A stretch of 64,000 nucleotides of DNA from the NCBI GenBank assembly GCA_963828195.1, contig CAWHDT010000009.1, positions 64,001 through 128,000 on the forward strand, given 5' to 3'. Positions 60,610-64,000 of the stretch are shown piece after piece. The notes beneath the pieces were generated by a model. That model had not been told where the DNA came from. It did no database searches and saw nothing but the letters and a program-made list of their open reading frames with translations. Source of the stretch: Candidatus Bathyarchaeota archaeon (GTDB lineage: Archaea; Thermoproteota; Bathyarchaeia; Bathyarchaeales; Bathycorpusculaceae). The position numbers were made by a program, and so were the translations under genes. The number at the start of each line of letters is the position of its first letter. Position 1 is the stretch's first letter.

Positions 60610-60943
60610 TTGTCGGCGTTGCCTTGCGAGGTAAATGCTATTTTTTTTGTCTTTGTAGGTCAGCACAGCTCTTACTTTTTTGTGGCTAGTTGACCCAGTA
60701 TGGAGTTAAACGATACTGGTCCCTTAACAGCATACAGGACCGACATCCCATTGCATAAACGATATTATTTTTAGTAGAGTAGCAACTCAGCGAATGGAAA
60801 CGCCAGCACTAAGACCACCAAGTGCTTCCATCTGCTCCCTCTAATTTGGCGAAAGCAATATAAAGCTAAATTGGTTAAGGGTGAGGAAGCGAACGAGAAA
60901 ATTAAGTTTCTTGCTCGATAAAAAATTTGAAGGAAAATAAAAA

Positions 60944-63808
60944 ATGCAAAATCTAAAAAAGAAATCAATGGCTATTTTGATCGCTTTAGTTCTAACAATC
61001 TCTATAGGAGCTTCAATGGTATTAATGCCTAATGCTAGCGCACACAGTCCACCTTGGAACATTACAGATGCGGCGTTTCTACAAGCTGCACCCAACCCAA
61101 TCGGTGTGGGGCAAACTCTCGTAGTGACTTTTTGGACAGCCCAACCTGTGCCTAACGCACTCATCACCAACAACATAAGAAAAGGAAACTACACCCTTGC
61201 TGTCACATTACCTGACGGAACAACTGCAACCCTATGGACACCTAGCGAAATCGTTTCCAACACCGGCGGCGAACAAACCATAACGTACATACCTACAGAA
61301 ACAGGCCAATACCAGTTCAACTTCCTCTTCGGAGGAATGACATACCCAACTCTGGCACAAGTAACGTCAACCGTACCCCTCACAGCAGCAACAAATGCAT
61401 CAATCAACGCTCTTGCAGGAGACATTTACGAGCCTGAAACCGCAAGCTTAAATGTCACCGTACAGCAACAACCCCTAACTCAAACTTTCTATCCGCTTCC
61501 AACAGCCTACTGGACTCGCCCAATAGAAGGTGAAAACATCTACTGGTACACGGTTGCATCAAACTGGCTCGGACCATCTTCTGGACAATTAGGCACTGAC
61601 AACGTTGGTGGCTTTAATAATTACCAGACTTCTGGTACAGCGCCAACTTCAGGTCACATAATGTGGACAATGCCCATTGAGTTCGGAGGAGTCGTCGGCG
61701 GAACCAACACAGCTGTTCCTGGAGCAACATACTACTCAGGCAGTTCATATGAACCAAGATTCTACAACGCATTAATTCTGAATGGAAATCTATACTTCAA
61801 GATGCCTATTGGCGATTATGGTACGATGACCGCTGTAAACGGCGTTTACTATGGCGGAGATTTCGTTGACATAAGCTTAGCTACTGGAAAAGTTGTATGG
61901 GCAAATGCTAGTCCAACATACGATCCAACATGGGGTCAACTATTCAACTGCGTTAACCCGAACCAATCCGGAGTTACTGGCGGATACCTATATCAAAGCT
62001 GGACCGTAGCTGGAGCTGTCAGCAATGCTGCAGGCAGCACGGTTACACCTGCTAACGTAACTTGGATAGCTTACGACGCATTCACAGGCGACTGGATGTT
62101 TAACATAACCAACATTCCACAAAGCCAAACCGTTTACCAAACAAGCAGCAACGGAATATTAAGCGGCTCAATGCTAAGCGAAGTAACATCAGCTGCAGGC
62201 ATGGGTCCAAGCGGTGAACTGCTAAAACTATTCCTTGGCTACAATACTGCAACCCAAACTGGATGGATAGCTCAATGGAACACTACTGATATACTCGAAA
62301 ACCCACTCATTGAAATGAGCGAATACAGACCTGTCGGCACAATAGTTAACGGCGGAACTTCAGGAGCATACGACTGGAACATGACAATAAGCGGCGGTGC
62401 TTTAGACGGATTAGCTGTCAACGCAACTGCTCCGAATGGAGTTTCTCTAACCGGTCCAACAATCAACACATACATTCCTGGCGACATTTTGGTTGGAACA
62501 AGCAGTGGACTATCACAAGGTGTCGGTCCTCAATACACTCCAAACCCATTCACAATGTGGGCAATTAACCTCAACGCAACAGTGGGTCCAGTAGGAAAGG
62601 TATTGTGGGTCCAAAACTACACTGCGCCAAACTTAATGAACGGCAACTCGTACTTAGGCAGCTACACTCAGAGATTCGGACAGGTAGATCCAGTAAACAA
62701 TGTCATCACGATGCAGATCGGTGAAACAATGGAGTGGATGGGCTACAGTTTAACCACCGGAAACTATATGTGGGGTCCAACAACCACAGCGTTCCCAGAT
62801 GGCTACCAATACTTCGGCAGTGGACTAGGTATCGGACAATGCGCGACTACTGCTTACGGCAACATCTACGTTCAAGGCTACGGCGGAACTATTCAATGCT
62901 ATAACACAGCCACCGGCGTTCTAACCTGGATATGGGGTAACGGCGGCGAAGGCAACAGCACCAACGACGGAATCAACTCACCTTGGGGTCTATTACCCAC
63001 CATGATTACTGATGTCTGCAACGGAATGGTCTACGGCTATACTACTCAGCACGGAAACGGCGCTCAATCACCTTACTATGTCAACGAATTTGAATTCTGC
63101 CTCAACGCAACCACAGGACAACAAATCTGGGCTATGAACGGTCAATCTCCAAACGATGGAGGCGGAGGATATCCACAAAACATCATTGCAGACGGACAAA
63201 TGCTCTACTACAACATGTACGACAACCAAATCTACGATATCGGACAAGGACCAAGCTCAACTACCGTTACAGCACCTGATGTCGGCGTGACAACTGCCAC
63301 ACCAATAACAATCACAGGCACAGTGACGGATGTTTCACCAGGCACACAACAAACAGAGCAAAAAGCAGACTTTCCAAACGGCGTTCCATGCGTATCTGAC
63401 GCAAGCCAAAGCCAATGGATGGAATACGTATACATGCAAAAGCCAGAGCCAACCAATGTAACCGGAGTTCCAGTGACAATATCAGTCGTTGACTCGAACG
63501 GCAACAGCAGAGTTATAGGCACAACAACAACTGATGCAAGCGGCACCTACAGCTTAGGATGGACACCTGACATCACCGGCGCATACACTGTAATAGCTTC
63601 TTTCGCAGGATCAAACTCGTATTGGGGATCATCCGCTGAAGCACACTTCGACGCCGCCGCGGCACCAGCAACACCCGCACCATCCGCTACACCAGTATCA
63701 GGGCTAGCATCGACAAGTACCGTAGAGTTAGGAATAGCAGCAGTAATAATTGTGATAATCATAATTGGCGCAGTACTTGCACTGTTGCTTCTCAGAAAAC
63801 GACCATAA
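60944..63808 (+). CDS. large secreted PQQ-like beta-propeller surface protein, paralog of 55591..58467
   Basis: Shared PNP.GVGQ, LPT.YW..PI.GEN and QKADFPNGVPC.SDAS motifs; TM-RKRP. Confidence 0.9.
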   Translation: MQNLKKKSMAILIALVLTISIGASMVLMPNASAHSPPWNITDAAFLQAAPNPIGVGQTLVVTFWTAQPVPNALITNNIRKGNYTLAVTLPDGTTATLWTPSEIVSNTGGEQTITYIPTETGQYQFNFLFGGMTYPTLAQVTSTVPLTAATNASINALAGDIYEPETASLNVTVQQQPLTQTFYPLPTAYWTRPIEGENIYWYTVASNWLGPSSGQLGTDNVGGFNNYQTSGTAPTSGHIMWTMPIEFGGVVGGTNTAVPGATYYSGSSYEPRFYNALILNGNLYFKMPIGDYGTMTAVNGVYYGGDFVDISLATGKVVWANASPTYDPTWGQLFNCVNPNQSGVTGGYLYQSWTVAGAVSNAAGSTVTPANVTWIAYDAFTGDWMFNITNIPQSQTVYQTSSNGILSGSMLSEVTSAAGMGPSGELLKLFLGYNTATQTGWIAQWNTTDILENPLIEMSEYRPVGTIVNGGTSGAYDWNMTISGGALDGLAVNATAPNGVSLTGPTINTYIPGDILVGTSSGLSQGVGPQYTPNPFTMWAINLNATVGPVGKVLWVQNYTAPNLMNGNSYLGSYTQRFGQVDPVNNVITMQIGETMEWMGYSLTTGNYMWGPTTTAFPDGYQYFGSGLGIGQCATTAYGNIYVQGYGGTIQCYNTATGVLTWIWGNGGEGNSTNDGINSPWGLLPTMITDVCNGMVYGYTTQHGNGAQSPYYVNEFEFCLNATTGQQIWAMNGQSPNDGGGGYPQNIIADGQMLYYNMYDNQIYDIGQGPSSTTVTAPDVGVTTATPITITGTVTDVSPGTQQTEQKADFPNGVPCVSDASQSQWMEYVYMQKPEPTNVTGVPVTISVVDSNGNSRVIGTTTTDASGTYSLGWTPDITGAYTVIASFAGSNSYWGSSAEAHFDAAAAPATPAPSATPVSGLASTSTVELGIAAVIIVIIIIGAVLALLLLRKRP

Positions 63809-64000
63809 AAGCCATAAAACAAAAACATAATAAAACCTCTTTTCTTTTTTTTATATTGCTTCTAAATCAAGTTTGTTGATAAGTATTATTACTTTAAAAT
63901 TATGGGCCTAACAGCATGCTTGCATGTGCTTGGAATAAAAGTTCAACCGTGACCCATAGGGATAAATCAAGCGGTAACAGGAGGGCTTTCTTTATTCGAA

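Overview
Archaeal chromosomal window, most likely Bathyarchaeia (inferred from 16S style, the fwdDBAC operon and several large secreted PQQ-type beta-propeller proteins). From left to right: (i) a 2.4-11.6 kb island of small membrane and stress-type proteins around a TrmB regulator, with ten promoters sharing an unusual CA(G/T)(T/C)CACA element just upstream of the TATA box, one pointing into a rod-shaped non-coding segment; (ii) a stand-alone 16S rRNA gene followed by decayed toxin-antitoxin genes and an AAA+ ATPase with an operator-like array; (iii) a full type I-B cas gene set (cas8b-7-5-3-6-1-2-4) between a PUA-domain gene and lsm-rpl37e, with an in-frame TAG in cas8b and only one CRISPR repeat; (iv) housekeeping genes (HAD, PhoU, site-2 protease, fwdDBAC); (v) a tRNA-Thr/tRNA-Leu hotspot where short integrase-free gene cassettes are separated by copies of the tRNA 3' end, including a circularly permuted hicBA cassette and an AAA+-wHTH gene bracketed by two 51-bp six-box palindromes; (vi) two double-Lrp regulators and three large surface beta-propeller proteins. 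Best candidates for an undescribed system are the tRNA-att cassette array, the six-box-flanked ATPase and the shared-promoter regulon. All calls were made by eye; no database searches were run.
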